NCBI GenBank assembly: GCA_964016885.1
Contig: OZ024757.1
Coordinates: 23,126,001 to 23,190,000 of the forward strand
Origin: Eledone cirrhosa
Taxonomy: Eukaryota
DNA: 64,000 nt
Direction of reading: 5' to 3'
The position numbers and the translations under genes were made by a program. The notes beneath the pieces were generated by a model. The model saw only the letters and a list, made by a program, of their open reading frames with translations, ran no database searches and had not been told where the DNA came from. Positions 1 through 14,767 of this stretch are shown in pieces (position 1 is the first letter of the stretch; every line of letters begins with the position of its first letter).

Positions 1-30
<30 letters not shown>

Positions 31-35
<5 letters not shown>

Positions 36-173
36 AACGAGTAGGACCCCAACGGCTGAGCTCAAGCCATTTCGACGGCTAATTCTGGATGGCTAATTCT
101 TGACTAAATTTTAGTCCAGAATTAGCTGTCGAAACGACTTGAGTTCAGCCGTCGGGGTCCTACTCGTTCCTAT
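31..173. mobile_element. Palindromic (fold-back) element, MITE-like, abutting (TA)n
   Basis: ataggaacgagtaggacccc...ggggtcctactcgttcctat, with ~60-bp inverted arms. The core gagctcaagcc..ttcgacggcta.ttctgga recurs at 39537-39650. Confidence 0.7.
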
Positions 174-284
174 TGCCCACTCTACTACCCTAAGTATTGA
201 GTACTTTGGTGCATTATGGTCCATCTGGTTCCTTACCACATTTCCTTCATTATATATATATATATATATATATATATGCAAAAG

Positions 285-560
285 TTTTATATAAAATTGT
301 TGGGTTACAACAAGTAAATATTTTATAACTGATATAAAGCACTCGACAAGTTTTGGAGTAGAAAACCTACCAAACCAGCTTCTTATATAAAGGTTGGTCA
401 ATATTTATGGTACGTCAAAATTATTTATAAAACTGTTTATATATTGTATTTTATCTGAAGAAGGCATGCCATATTTTTAATATGGTATCCCCGAAATATG
501 TATAATGAAATAAATATGGTTTTATAAATATAGTTTCCATTTCTTTAATATCGTATATAT
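285..560 (+). mobile_element. ~280-bp non-coding HHR-bearing unit (Penelope-like pLTR or retrozyme-like)
   Basis: Left module (ttgttgggttacaac...gcactcgacaa), then HHR, then tail (aatatggttttataaatatagtttccatt), then (TA)n. The same modules recur at 800-925, 40340-40560, 40680-40965 and 58500-58820. Confidence 0.65.
447..512 (+). ncRNA. Type I hammerhead ribozyme motif
   Basis: Stem I tattttat/atgaaata; core CTGAAGA 455-461; long stem II; GAAA 493-496; minimal stem III; predicted cleavage after AUA (504). Confidence 0.75.
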
Positions 561-579
561 AAATATATATATACGATAT

Positions 580-796
580 AGGCGTGTGGCTGAGTGGTTA
601 GAGAATTGGATTCGCAATCGTAAGGTTGTGAGTTCGATTCCTGGACCAGGCGATGTGTTATGTCCTTGAGCAAGACACTTTATTTCACGTTGCTCCTTCT
701 ACCTGGAGTTGCGACCGATAGATAGTATTAGCAATTGGAAAGACCAACGGAAACATTGTTCCCTCGGTCCGATTTGACGAAAGTCGATCGTTCCTT
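580..796 (+). mobile_element. tRNA-derived CORE-type SINE with 12-bp TSD
   Basis: A box TGGCTGAGTGG, B box GTTCGATTCC, CORE-like tccttgagcaagacacttta. TSD tatatacgatat at 568-579 and 797-808. Confidence 0.85.
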
Positions 797-843
797 TATA
801 TACGATATTAATAAATGGAAACTATATTTATAAAACCATATTC

Positions 844-906
844 ATTTCATTATACCTATTTCAGGGATACCACATTAAATTATGGTATGCCTTCATCAGA
901 TAAAAT
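844..906 (-). ncRNA. Type I hammerhead ribozyme motif
   Basis: Minus strand reads attttat CTGATGA aggcataccata-atttaa-tgtggtatccct GAAA taggt ATA atgaaat. Confidence 0.8.
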
Positions 907-1339
907 ACAATATATAACAGTTTTACAGACACCCTCACATATATAAACACAGTCAGTGCAGAAATTATAACAATCACCGACTAGATAGCTTTCAAAAATT
1001 ACCTGAGTTATGTGTTGTCTAAGAGATAGAGTTTGAACCTCGAAACCCAGCATCTATTAATCTATTATATATAACTTCCCAGTTAATGCATCCCAAACAA
1101 TTATTTTGTCAATGCATGAAGACTGAAAGATTATAGTGCCATGGGAAAATTTCAAATCAAAAACAGGAAGCTGAAGATTTAATACATCACTGTGTATATT
1201 ATTCACAGCAGCAGTTATGAAATAATTGAGGTGTTTGCAATTTATATAATGCCTTTAGGATTGTGGTTGATATATTGATGTGTCTGTCCTACCCTTACCC
1301 TTGCTAGCAGAGGGGGGAAAAAAATGATGGACCTTAAAG

Positions 1340-2400
1340 TGATGACAATGATGGTGGTGGTGGTGGCGGTGGTGGTGATGGTATGATGGTGGTGGTGGCA
1401 GTGGTGAGGATGGTATGGTGGTGGTGGTGGGGAGGATGGTATGGTGGAGTTGGTGATGGTGATGATGGTGGTGGTGATGATGGTGATGATGATGGTATGA
1501 TGGTGAGGATGGTATGATGGTGGTGGTGATGGTGATGGTGGTGGTGGTGGTGATGGTGATGATGATGGTATGATGGTGAGGATGCTGATGGTGATGGTGA
1601 TGATGATGGTATGATGGTGAGGATGGTATGATGGTGGTGGTGATGGTGATGATGGTATGATGGTGGTAGTGGTGAGGATGGTATGATGGTGGTAGTGGTG
1701 AGGATGGTATGATGGTGATGGTGATGATGATGGTGTGGTGGTGGTGGTGATGAAGATGGTATGATGGTGGTGGTGGTGATGAAGATGGTATGATGGTGGT
1801 GATGATGGTGATGGTATGATTGTGGTGGTGGTGAAGATGATAGTAGTGGTGATGATGATGATAGTAGTGGTGATGATGATGATAGTAGTGGTGGTGAAGA
1901 TGGTATGATAGTGGTGGTGATGATGATGATGTTAGTAGTGGTGGTGAAGATGGTATGATGGTGGTGGTGATGATGATGATAGTAGTGGTGGTGGTGGTAG
2001 TGGTGGTGACGATGATATGACGGTGGTGGTGATGATGATAGTGATATGATGACAGTGATAGGATGATGATGATGTTAGTAGTGGTGATGGTGGTGGTGGT
2101 GGTGAGGATGATGGTGGTGATGATGGTATGATGGTATGGTGGTGACGATGATATGATGATGATGATGATGATCAGTAGGAGGAAGATGGTGGCGGTGACG
2201 ATGATGATGACGATAGTGGTGATGATGATGATGATGATGATCAGTAAGTGGAGGATGGTGGTGGTGGTAGTGATGGTAAGGATATGATGATGGTGATAAG
2301 ATGCTGAAGGTGATGATCATGATGATATCATATATGACAATGAAATGATAATGATGCTGATGCTAATTATATGATAACGATGATGATGATGATGATGATG
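1340..2400. repeat. Degenerate (GAT/GGT)n trinucleotide tract
   Basis: Continuous gatggt/ggtggt/gatgat; source of the poly-His ORF. Confidence 0.95.
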
Positions 2401-2874
2401 TCTGTTATTGATTTCTTTAACCCCCCCCCCCCCCTCCCTCCAAAAAAAAAAAAATGTTCTTGTGTTCTAATAGATTATTAGATACCAACTCCCTATCTTT
2501 TATCAACTCCCTATCTTATAAAACTTCTTCAATGAAATTTATTTTGTAATTTCATTTAAATTACACCTCAAATACAGCTGTTGATATTTTCTAAACCCAT
2601 CAGAGTTGTCCCCTAGCAACAATTTCCCCTATGTGCAATCATACAAACTCATTGAAGCAGAAAATATAAAAAAAAAATACTTCGACAAAGCTGAACATGA
2701 GAATATTGGTTTGAAAATTCTATTTCATCATTCAGCCTTTTTTTTTACTTTCTTCTCACAGTGAAGGAAAGAAAAGAAGTTCACTAAAAGAAAGGCCTGT
2801 AGATTTGAATTATTATTTTATGAAATAATAGCAGCACTCATGAATTAATTAAGAGCCAGTAATATATTTTATGA

Positions 2875-3800
2875 AGTGGTGAATTGACAAAGTCATTAGA
2901 ATGTTGAATAAAAGGCTTTGCTTTGGTTCTCTGCTTTCTGAGTTCAAATCCTTCTAAAGACCAATTTTTGCCTTTCATTGTTTCCATGTTGATACAAAAG
3001 TACCAGTCTTCTCCTGGGATCGATTCGTTCTCTACATCTCTTTATCACTTCCATTTTCTCTTGGCGCATAGAGTTACGGCACTTGCCATTCTGAGTTCAA
3101 ATCCCGCCGAGGTTAACTTTGCCTTTCATCCTTACGGGAGTCGATAAAATAAAGTACCAGTAATACACTGGGTAATTGCTGGCCGTGTGCCTAACGTAGA
3201 AACAATTGTCTCACTTTCTATTTTTCTCTGGAATACATCTGCTGTATTCAGGCATTGAGAGGGCATGGGCTCCACCATGTTTTAAAATACCCAAGAACTG
3301 ACATAGATCATGACTCCATCAGGGGTGACAGGTCTATACATACACAATATAGTTTATACTGAAGTGAGGCTGGTGGATTGGCAGAATCGTTAAAGCTGTG
3401 TGGCATTTCTTCATGCCCTTTACATTCTGAGTTCAAATCCTGATGAGCTGAACTTAACCTTTTATCTTCTGGGGTTGATAAAATAAAATATCAGTCCAAT
3501 ACTGAGGTGATTTATTTGACTTTACTTACCCCCAAAAATTGTTGGCCTTGTACCTAAATTAAAAACCATCAATAATGGCAGTAGATTGGCAGTATCGGTA
3601 GATAGTTGGACAACATGCTGTGTGACATATAATTACAGTCCTTTATGTTCTAACTTCAAATACTGTCAGGGTTATCTTTACCTGTCATCCTTTCAAGATC
3701 GATAAAATAAAGTACCATTAAGGCACTGAGATTGATTTAATGGACTTTCTTCTCCCCATGAATTGCAGGCCTTGTGCCAAGATTAAAAACCAATATTATT
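2875..3800 (+). mobile_element. Cluster of ~4 tRNA-derived SINEs with Meta/Sauria-like central domain
   Basis: Repeated gagttcaaatcc...ttaactttgcctttcatcc...gtcgataaaataaagtaccag; best copy at 3068-3207. Confidence 0.8.
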
Positions 3801-4214
3801 GACTGTATTAATCCTAATCAGGAGCAACATCATCGTTATCATAGTTTTAATATTCATACTTCCTTCATATGTATTAGCTGGGGTTATTCAGTGCAGGAGT
3901 TTCCCACTCATCTGAAGTCAAGACATTCGTAGCAACGAGATTTTGGAATAGATGAGCCAATGTTTATCACTTTAAATCTTACTCTCAGCTGACTTCCATA
4001 AATATCATAACATCTCACATACAATACCTTCTTCTAAAATCCCTTCACAGCTGCCTCCACATGTTCTCAACATTCACTAACCATTACTCTTTACTCAGTG
4101 AAAAGCAACTAGATAGGTGAAAAACTAGCAATGTGGATAGAATGTCAAATAAAATGTATTTGTGTATTTGTAGTGACAAATTGAACATGTTATATTAATT
4201 GTAACTATCATCAT

Positions 4215-4362
4215 TGTAACCACAGTCAAACATTCCTGACAAAGCCTCTCTACAATTCACAATTTTCCATTGCTCCTGGCAACTGATCTCTACTGAAGTT
4301 TGTATTGACAGAGTTAATCGATGAAGGTTTGAGCAGGTCTTCTACTGTGACTCCCGTGAGTC

Positions 4363-4431
<69 letters not shown>

Positions 4432-4735
4432 TGATAGATAGATCATAATAGTAACCATAATCAAACATTCCTGACAAAGCCTCTCCACAATTCCAGATTT
4501 TCCATTTCTTCTAGCAAATGAGGTTTGTATCAACTGAGAGTTGATCAATAAAGGTTCAAGCAGGTCTTCCTCAACTGTCTTCCATGTTGGTTCCTTTAAT
4601 AGTAACTTCTGTATAAGTTCATAATTGATTCTCCAGCGATGTCATGCAAATCATAGTCATCTTTGAGCAATTGTAGTTGTTATCTTGGGTAAGTTTTCAT
4701 GTAAACTTTCATTTGTAATACATTGACAGCAGTTT
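4215..4735 (-). mobile_element. Decayed RTE-clade LINE 3' end, partly duplicated across a (GATA)n tract (4363-4443)
   Basis: Minus-strand frameshifted peptides LPKITTTIAQR...ELIQKLLLKEP...GRPA.TFIDQL resemble the C-terminus at 14319-14564; caaacattcctgacaaagcctctc occurs twice. Confidence 0.65.
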
Positions 4736-4787
4736 GTTTTGTGCAACACTACGCATTTCAGTATATATATGTACCATCTAGCTTCTT

Positions 4788-5717
4788 CTCAAGTGCTTGT
4801 GTCAGGGTCCCTATGTACCTGATCCATACAACAACACTGACTCAAGTGCTTGTGTCAGGGTCCATGTACCTGATCCATACAACAACACTGACTCAAGTGC
4901 TTGTGTCAGGGTCGATGTACCTGATCCATACGACAACACAGGCTCAAGTGCTTGTGTCAGGGTCCATGTACCTGATCCACACAACAACACATGCTCAAGT
5001 GCTTGTATCAGGGTCCATGTACCTGATCCATACAACAACACAGGCTCAAGTGCTTGTGTCAGGGTCCATGTACCTGATCCATACAACAACACAGGCTCAA
5101 GTGCTTGTGTCAGGGTCCATGTACCTGATCTATACAACAACACAGGCTCAAGTGCTTGTGTCAGGGTCCATGTAAACTGACCCATACAATAACACAGGCT
5201 CAAGTGCTTGTGTCAGGGTCCATGTAAACTGATTCATACAACAACACAGGCTCAAGTGCTTGTGTCAGGGTCCATGTAAACTGACCCATACAATAACACA
5301 GGCTCAAGTGCTTGTGTCAGGGTCCATGTAAACTGATCCATACAACAACACTGGCTCAAGTGCTTGTGTCAGGGTCCATGTACCTGATCCATACAACAAC
5401 ACAGGCTCAAGTGCTTGTGTCAGGGTCCATGTACCTGATCCATACAACAACACAGGCTCAAGTGCTTGTGTCAGGGACCATGTACCTGATCCATACAACA
5501 ACACTGACTCAAGTGCTTGTGTCAGGGACCATGTACCTGATCCATACAACAACACTGACTCAAGTGCTTGTGTCAGGGACCATGTACCTGATCCATACAA
5601 CAACACAGGCTCAAGTGCTTGTGTCAGGGTCCATGTAAACTGATCCATACAACAACACAGGCTCAAGTGCTTGTGTCAGGGTCCATGTACCTGATCCATA
5701 CAACAACACTGACTCAA
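4788..5717. repeat. 51-bp minisatellite, ~18 copies
   Basis: Unit ctcaagtgcttgtgtcagggtccatgtacctgatccatacaacaacacagg; explains the 17-aa periodic ORFs. Confidence 0.97.
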
Positions 5718-6020
5718 CAGATATTCTGAAAAATGATATTTTTATATTTCTGGGTAGATCTGACTTCCAAATACTTTCCATTTTGTTCATTACAGCCCAG
5801 ACTTTGAAAATATTAATGTCAATGTACTTTTTTGATGAAAAGAAGGGAAAGTCAATTAAATCAGACCTGGTGTATTACTGGTACTTTATTTTATCAACCC
5901 ATAATAATGGTTTCTGATTTAGGCACACGGTCAACAATTTTGAGAAGGAGAAAGTCAATTAAATCAAACTGGTACTTTATTTTATCTATCCCTATCATAA
6001 TGCTTATTTTATAGCCACAC

Positions 6021-6515
6021 AGAAGGATGACAGCTGCATAAAAAGGTGCAGAGCACTAGAAGTTGATGGAAACCGCGGAGTGGGGAGACCCAAGATGACT
6101 TGGGATGAGGTGATAAAAGCCGACCTTACCCAACTACACCTCTCAAAGTCAATGACACACGACCGTGACTTCTGGCGTCACGCAGTAATACAGGGTACCC
6201 GACCTCCCATGGGTACATGCTGAAGCATATAAACAATATGCCCCCACTCCCCCCACCGCAAGGTGGTCGTGGAGGTGCCACGGCAAAAAAGCACCCAGCC
6301 CACACTGTAAAGTGGACGTGGAGGCGCCACGAAAAAGCACCCAGCACTCACTGTAAATGAGGTTGGTGTTAGGAAGGGCATCCAGCTGTAGAAATCAAGC
6401 CAGATCAGTTCCTGTATGAGCAAGGCATGGTCAGCCGACCAGACACTGCCCACAACAGGACAACCCGTCTAACCCATGCTAGCGTGGAAGAACGGACGTA
6501 AAACGGTGATGATGA
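6021..6515 (+). mobile_element. RTE LINE 3' fragment (tail type A)
   Basis: GRPKMTWDEVIK-like coding remnant; UTR ggttggtgttaggaagggcatccagc; ends ccatgctagcgtggaagaacggacg..(GAT)n. Confidence 0.85.
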
Positions 6516-6998
6516 CAGAGCTGACATTAAGGAGAACATTAAGGAGAGTACATGACAATACAGTGTGGGTTTTTTGTGTAAAATAAAATTTAGAACTGAG
6601 ATTAAAAAACAAACATCACAAATTCCCCAAAGGTGAGGAGACTCTAGAAGTTACTCGTGGAGAAAGCTCACAAAGGGCATGGTCACTCTGACCACTAGGG
6701 AGAACACCCTCTCGTTATCTATCCCATAATAATGAAAAGTGAAGTTGACTTCAGTAGGATATGAACTCAGAACATAATGAACTGCTAAGCATTTGTCCTA
6801 CGCCATAATGACTCCGCCACTCCACCATCATATTCTAAACTAACATTATAATATATACCTTGTGACCAGATATCTGTATGTATAAATGCCAACGTCTTAT
6901 ATACAATTATAAATACATAAATTAATGGTTATACACAAATAATATATATGAACTGTAACAAGCATGTATATTTATGTATATATGCATGCATACATACA

Positions 6999-9200
<2,202 letters not shown>

Positions 9201-9240
9201 ATTGAATAAACAAGAGAGATGAACACTAATATAAACATAC

Positions 9241-9414
9241 ATGTGTTCGAATCGTAAGGTCCAAAGTTTCCAAGGGTGAAAAAATACTAACATCAGCAAT
9301 ATAGTTTGTTATCCTTAACTTTAAATATTAAATTAAGAAAAATTAAGATAAATAATTGTTGTAGTTAGTATTTTTTCACCCTAGCTAATTTTGGTCCTTA
9401 CAATTCGAACACAT
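9241..9414. mobile_element. Tc1/mariner-like MITE
   Basis: ~50-bp TIRs atgtgttcgaatcgtaagg...agggtgaaaaaatactaac / gttagtattttttcaccct...ccttacaattcgaacacat. Confidence 0.65.
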
Positions 9415-9730
9415 CATCATCATCATCATCATTTTTACGTCAGCTTTTCCCTGCTTGCAAGGGTGGGACAGGAACTGATTCTGGCTTGATTTCTACAGCT
9501 GGATGCCCTTCCTAACACCAACCTCATTTACAGTGAGTGCTGGGTGCTTTTTTGCCGTGGCGCCTACACGTCCACTTTACAGTGGAATGATAGGACTCCA
9601 GTCCCTATCATCTCATTTCTACAGCTGAGTAAACTGGAGCAATGTGAAATAAAGTGTCTTGCTCAAGGAAACAACACATTACCCGGTCTGAGAATTGAAC
9701 TCACAACCTTTCGATTGCAAGGCCAATGCT
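9415..9730 (-). mobile_element. CORE-SINE with RTE-derived tail type B
   Basis: Reverse complement of the element at 46244-46585, lacking the extreme 5' end. Confidence 0.8.
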
Positions 9731-9829
9731 CTTTGGGTTGGTCACTGGTTAGTGACGTCATCATTATTCTCACCACTGGTAGCAGCCCGCTGACCATCAG
9801 GGCGTGAGCTGTCACTCACCCACTGTCGA

Positions 9830-10344
9830 TGGAAGTCGATGGAAACCGCAGAGTGGGGAGACCCAAGAAGATCTGGGATGAGGTGATAAAAGTCGATCTT
9901 ACCCAATTATACATCTCAAAGGCGATGACACATGACCGTGACCTCTGGCGTCACGCAGTAATACAGTAGACCCGATCCCCCACGGGTACAAGCCAAAGCT
10001 GAAGCATATAGACAATATGCCCCCACACCCTCCCACTGCAAAGTGGTCGTGGAGGTGCCACGGCAAAACAGCACCCAGCCCACACTGTAAAGTGGTCGTG
10101 GAGGTGCCACGGCAAAAAAGCACGCAGCACTCACTGTAAATGAGGTTGGTGTTAGGAAGGGCATCTAGCTGTAGAAATCAAGCCACAATCAGTTCCCGTA
10201 TGAGCAAGACAAGGTCAGCCGACCGGACACTGCCCACAACAGGACAACCTGTCTAACCCATGCTAGCATGGAAGAATGGACGTAAAACGGTGATGATGAT
10301 GATGATGATACATATATATATATGTATATATAAATATGTATGAG

Positions 10345-10375
<31 letters not shown>

Positions 10376-11190
10376 TTACACCTCTCCAAGACAATGTCAC
10401 TGGACCGAGATCTTTGGCGCTACACAGTAATAGAGAAGACCCGCCTTACCTAAATACAAAGTAAAACTTACTGCAGGCAGGAGGCACCTCTAACAAAATA
10501 CACCCCCATCCCACTACCCCCAACCCATCCACACCACCCCTTTCAATGTAAAGTTATGTTGGTGCCACAACATCCAGCCCGAAACAAATGAGGTCGTGTA
10601 GGTGTCACAACAAAAAACACACAGTCCACACTGTAATGTGGCCGTGTAGGTAACACGGTAAAAACCTCCCAGACCCACACTGTAAACGTGGTTGGTGTTA
10701 GGAAGGGCATCCAGCCGTAGAAAACCCGCCAGACAGTCCTATGCGAGCAAGACAACCACTCTTGCCTCAAGTGGGAAAACTCCCGTCCAAACCCATGCAA
10801 GCATGGAATATGGACGTTAAACGATGATGATGATGATGATGATGATGCATGCGCACGTGTGTGTGTTTCTCCATAAGTACAAAAGGACGACTGTTTGACG
10901 CTTGTGTAGAAAGAGCAATGCTACATGGTAGTGAATCAAGGGCTGTGACTGCAGAGAACATACGTAGACTGGAAATATGCTTCGTTACATGTGAAATGTT
11001 AATGTGAGTGAAAGGCAGAGCTTGGATGAGCTAAGGGAGAAGATGGGTTTAAGAGGAATACAAAGTGATATACAAGAGAATTGGTATAGTCATGTGATGC
11101 ACCTGAATTATCATGGATGGGTGAAGAAGTGCCAGGAAATACCAGTGGAAGGAAGCCCTAGTAGAGGTAGAACAAGGAAGACCTGGAACA
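9830..11190 (+). mobile_element. Three adjacent RTE 3' fragments
   Basis: (GAT)n-ended tails at ~10308 and ~10846; ORF 11004 has ERQSLDELREKMGLRGI...GWVKKCQEIPVEG...GRTRKTW. Confidence 0.8.
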
Positions 11191-12899
11191 TTTGTTTTCT
11201 TTTTCTTATTTCCAAACACAGATCTGTCTATAAGAGTATAGACCATTTTAACATCTATGAGTATGTATTTAAATTAACATATTTGTTCTGTATCTATGTA
11301 CAAAATACTAGTTTGTTTCTCAATAGATATCTCCTGTTATATATCATTTATACTTATATGATAGATGCTCTGAACAGAAGTTTATTGAGCTCTGAACAGA
11401 AGTTTATTGAGCTTTGTACTTAAAAACATTATCGATATATATTTTGTATGTATTTGTTAAACCTAAAGTTAGCTTATGGATATATATAGTTTTAAAAAAA
11501 TACCTGCATACCTATGTCTTTAGAATATGAATTCAAAGTACAGGACACAGTAAATAGAAAAAACAACAGAAGGACAAACAGTCCATTCTCCTCGGTCAAA
11601 CTCTGGAAATCTCTATGGTTGATACTATTCATTACAGTGCACATTTAGACATAAAATACAGGTAAAAACAACTTATGTCTTTGAGCAATATATTATCATC
11701 AACATCACCGTTTTACGTCCATTTTTCCAAGCTGGCATGGGTTAGATAGGTTATCCTGTTGTGAGCAATGGCAGGTCAGGTGACCATGTCTCGCTCATAC
11801 AGAACTGATTTTGGCTTGGTTTCTACAGCTGGATGCCCTTCCTAGTGCCAACCTCATTTACTGACCATATCATATGGACATCAGCAATCCATACCATACT
11901 ATCACAACCACAATATTGAAAACCCATAAAATGTGGGAGAATATTCTCTGGTATACAGGACTTGCTGAATGCATAAGATTGGCACTGGAGAAAGTCTTGT
12001 TTACATGATGCATTCCAGATGGTCCCATGACTTAATGGTTAAAAGCCCCGAGCCAGTATCTGAGAGATATGGATTTCAATTCCTCATAGCAGCCGATGGC
12101 AACTTCTTTGTCCACTTTTAAAGGGCTTTACTCTATTTTATAAGCTATTTTATAACATTTCCAAACATGAGCACACCACTCTTTATATTAACTTTATCTC
12201 TTAAACTTTACTTGAACAAAGCTTCAGTACAGCCTTTATGATTTGCGTGCAAAATGTTGGTGTTCTTCGCATAATCTGATAAACACTAGCTTATAATTAA
12301 GATATCATGTAAATAATAATTAATCTCTGATTAGTTCCTTTTGAATCAATGACTTTATTTGTTAAACGTATTTAACACACAACTAAACATTTCATATCAG
12401 AGCCACAGTAACGAGCTGCTTCATTAAATGATAGAAGGAATTATTTGATAAATGATATGAAGACAGAACTATAGCTTTCAAGATAATTGTTAATCCCCTC
12501 TGCTTAATTCACTTCATATAAATATGACACCAGTCAGGATTAACTCTTAACATCCTCTACTGCATGAAATCACAATAGATAAACATTGTTGCCAAGTACA
12601 AAACAGCACATTAACAATTATAATCTTTGCTCTAATACTGTAAATTTTCATAATTATCTCATTCCAGTAGAGAATTACTATAAACGACATTAGCAAGACA
12701 TTCTCAAGAAGTACAAAGCAGCACATTAAACTGCATCACATTAAACTGGGGAGTTCTTACTCTAATACTGAAACATTTTACAATGATCTGTCCAGCAGTA
12801 ACTATACTATAAACATTTCAATTAACAAACCCATTTGTAGACATTTTCTGGCAAGAGTTAAGAAGAAATTGAATAATTACTTATGTAAAAGGACGATTA

Positions 12900-13083
12900 G
12901 AAGAAGAAGAAGAAGGAGAAGGAGAAGAAGGAGGAGGAGGAGGAGGAGAGGAGGAGGAGGAGAAGAAGGCGAAGAAGAAGAAGAAGAAGGCAAAGAAGAA
13001 GAAGAAGGCAAAGAAGAAGAAGAAGAAGAAGGAGGCAAAGAAGGCAAAGAAGAAGAAGAAGAAGAAGAAGAAGAAGAAGAAGA
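12900..13083. repeat. (GAA/GGA)n purine tract
   Basis: agaagaagaaga...; source of the poly-E/R ORF. Confidence 0.95.
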
Positions 13084-13361
13084 ATTAGCATCAACATCAA
13101 TAAAAACCTTAATATAACAATTTTACAGCCCCCTAATAAGCCATGACCTATCACCATTCGAAGCCTACGTTCACAAAATTTCTCAACAAAATTCCTCAAT
13201 AACCCCTGACAGAATTATCAATTTATAATTCCACTAATTATTGAATTATTTCCCTAAATTGGATTTATTTTATCAGCAAAATTAGGGAGAAAAAAACAAG
13301 AAAAATATATTCAACTGAACGAAGGAAAAATGTCATGTATTAGCGTCTTGGAAAGGAGTGG

Positions 13362-13710
13362 AATGGAGTTGCTTGGCATAGTGGTAACAATGTTAGACAT
13401 ATCAAAATGTTGTGAGTTCAATTCTTGGACTAGGTTGTGTGATGTGTTCTTGATCAAAACACTTCATTTCACATTGCTCCAGTGGTAAGTGTGTTGGACT
13501 TATAATCATAAAGTCGTGGGTTCGATTCCTGTTGTGTGTTATGTGACGGTGCATGGCCTAGTGGTAAGGGTGTTGGACTTACAATCATAATGCCATGGGT
13601 TTGATTCCTGGACTGGTGTCTGTGTTGTATGGAGTCACATAGCCTAGTGGTAAGGGTGTTGGATTATGATCATTATGTTATGAATTTGACCCCTGGACTG
13701 GGTTGTGGTC
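13362..13710 (+). mobile_element. Tandem of ~4 tRNA-like SINE heads
   Basis: Repeated tagtggtaag.gtgttggact...g.gtt..attcctggact (A and B boxes). Confidence 0.7.
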
Positions 13711-14169
13711 TTTTGTTTGTTTTTATTTTAAAAAAACCTCATTTTCTTCATTATCATCATCAACGTTTAACGTCCATGTTCCACGCTTGCATGGGTTTGG
13801 ACGGGGGTTTTCCCACTTGAGGCAAGAGTGATTGTCTTGCTCGCATAGGACTGTCTGGCGGGTTTTCTACAGCTGGATGCCCTTCCTAACACCAACCACA
13901 TTTACAGATATATATATATACACCCCAATCCACTACCCCTACCCTATCCACGCTGTAATGTGGCCATGTAGGTAACACGGTAAAAAGTTCCCAGTTCCAC
14001 ACTGTAAATGTGGTTGGTGTTAGGAAGGGCATTCAGCCGTATAAAACCTGCCAGATAGTCCTATATGAGCGAGAGACAGTCACCCGACCAACCTTGCCTC
14101 AAGTGGGACAACTCCCGTCTAACCCATGCTAACATGGAAGATGGACGTTAAACGAAGATGATGATATTG

Positions 14170-14575
14170 ATGAGACTTGGACACTGACCAAGAAACTTAC
14201 TCAGATGGTGGATGGGTGCTACACGAGAATGCTGAGGATGGCTCTGAACATTAATCAGTATACACTGAGGATGAAAAACTCAGAGCTGTAAGGGAGCATC
14301 CCAAAAGTCAGCTCAAAAGTGACACAGAGGAGACTGAGGTTAGCTGGACATGCTCACCGACATCCAGAGTTGACATTGCACTCAGTGCTCCTGTGGGAGC
14401 CCCTACATGGACACACTAGAAGAGGAAGACCAAGGTTACCGTATGTTGATGCCCTAAGGACAGACACTGGTCTGTTGGAGATGCAGGACATGGCAGCGAT
14501 AATGAGGGACAGAGACCGCTGGAGAGAACTCGTCCATGGATCTCGGGAATTTTACCCGCCTTAGATAGATAGATA
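14170..14575 (+). mobile_element. RTE-like LINE 3' fragment with (TAGA)n tail
   Basis: ETWTLTKKL..MVDGCYTRML, then RRLRLAGHAHRH...LLWEP.HG..RRGRP...DRDRWR. Confidence 0.85.
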
Positions 14576-14767
14576 TATATCTGATTTAACTAAAAGAGCA
14601 ACAATTTGGAGAGAGAGGAATGTTGATTATATCTGACCCAGTGCATTACTGGTATTTGTTTTATGGACCCCATGAGGTTGAAAGGCAAAGCTAACCTCGG
14701 CAGGATTTGAACACAGGCCATAACTATGCTGTGAAGCATATTGTCCGACACTCTACTGACACTGCCA

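Noticed and set aside
581-650. tRNA gene
   Set aside because: The tRNA-like head continues into a CORE domain and has a TSD, so it is a SINE; the same applies at 29768 and 46244.
1015-1060. Possible hammerhead (ctaagaga...ctcgaaac)
   Set aside because: Core too degenerate and no stem I or III. Isolated CTGATGA matches at ~3440, ~19366 and ~61309 likewise lack the remaining structure.
4788-5717. CRISPR-like array or repeat protein
   Set aside because: Contiguous 51-bp units with no unique spacers. ORFs are open on both strands only because 51 is divisible by 3, and some units contain stops.
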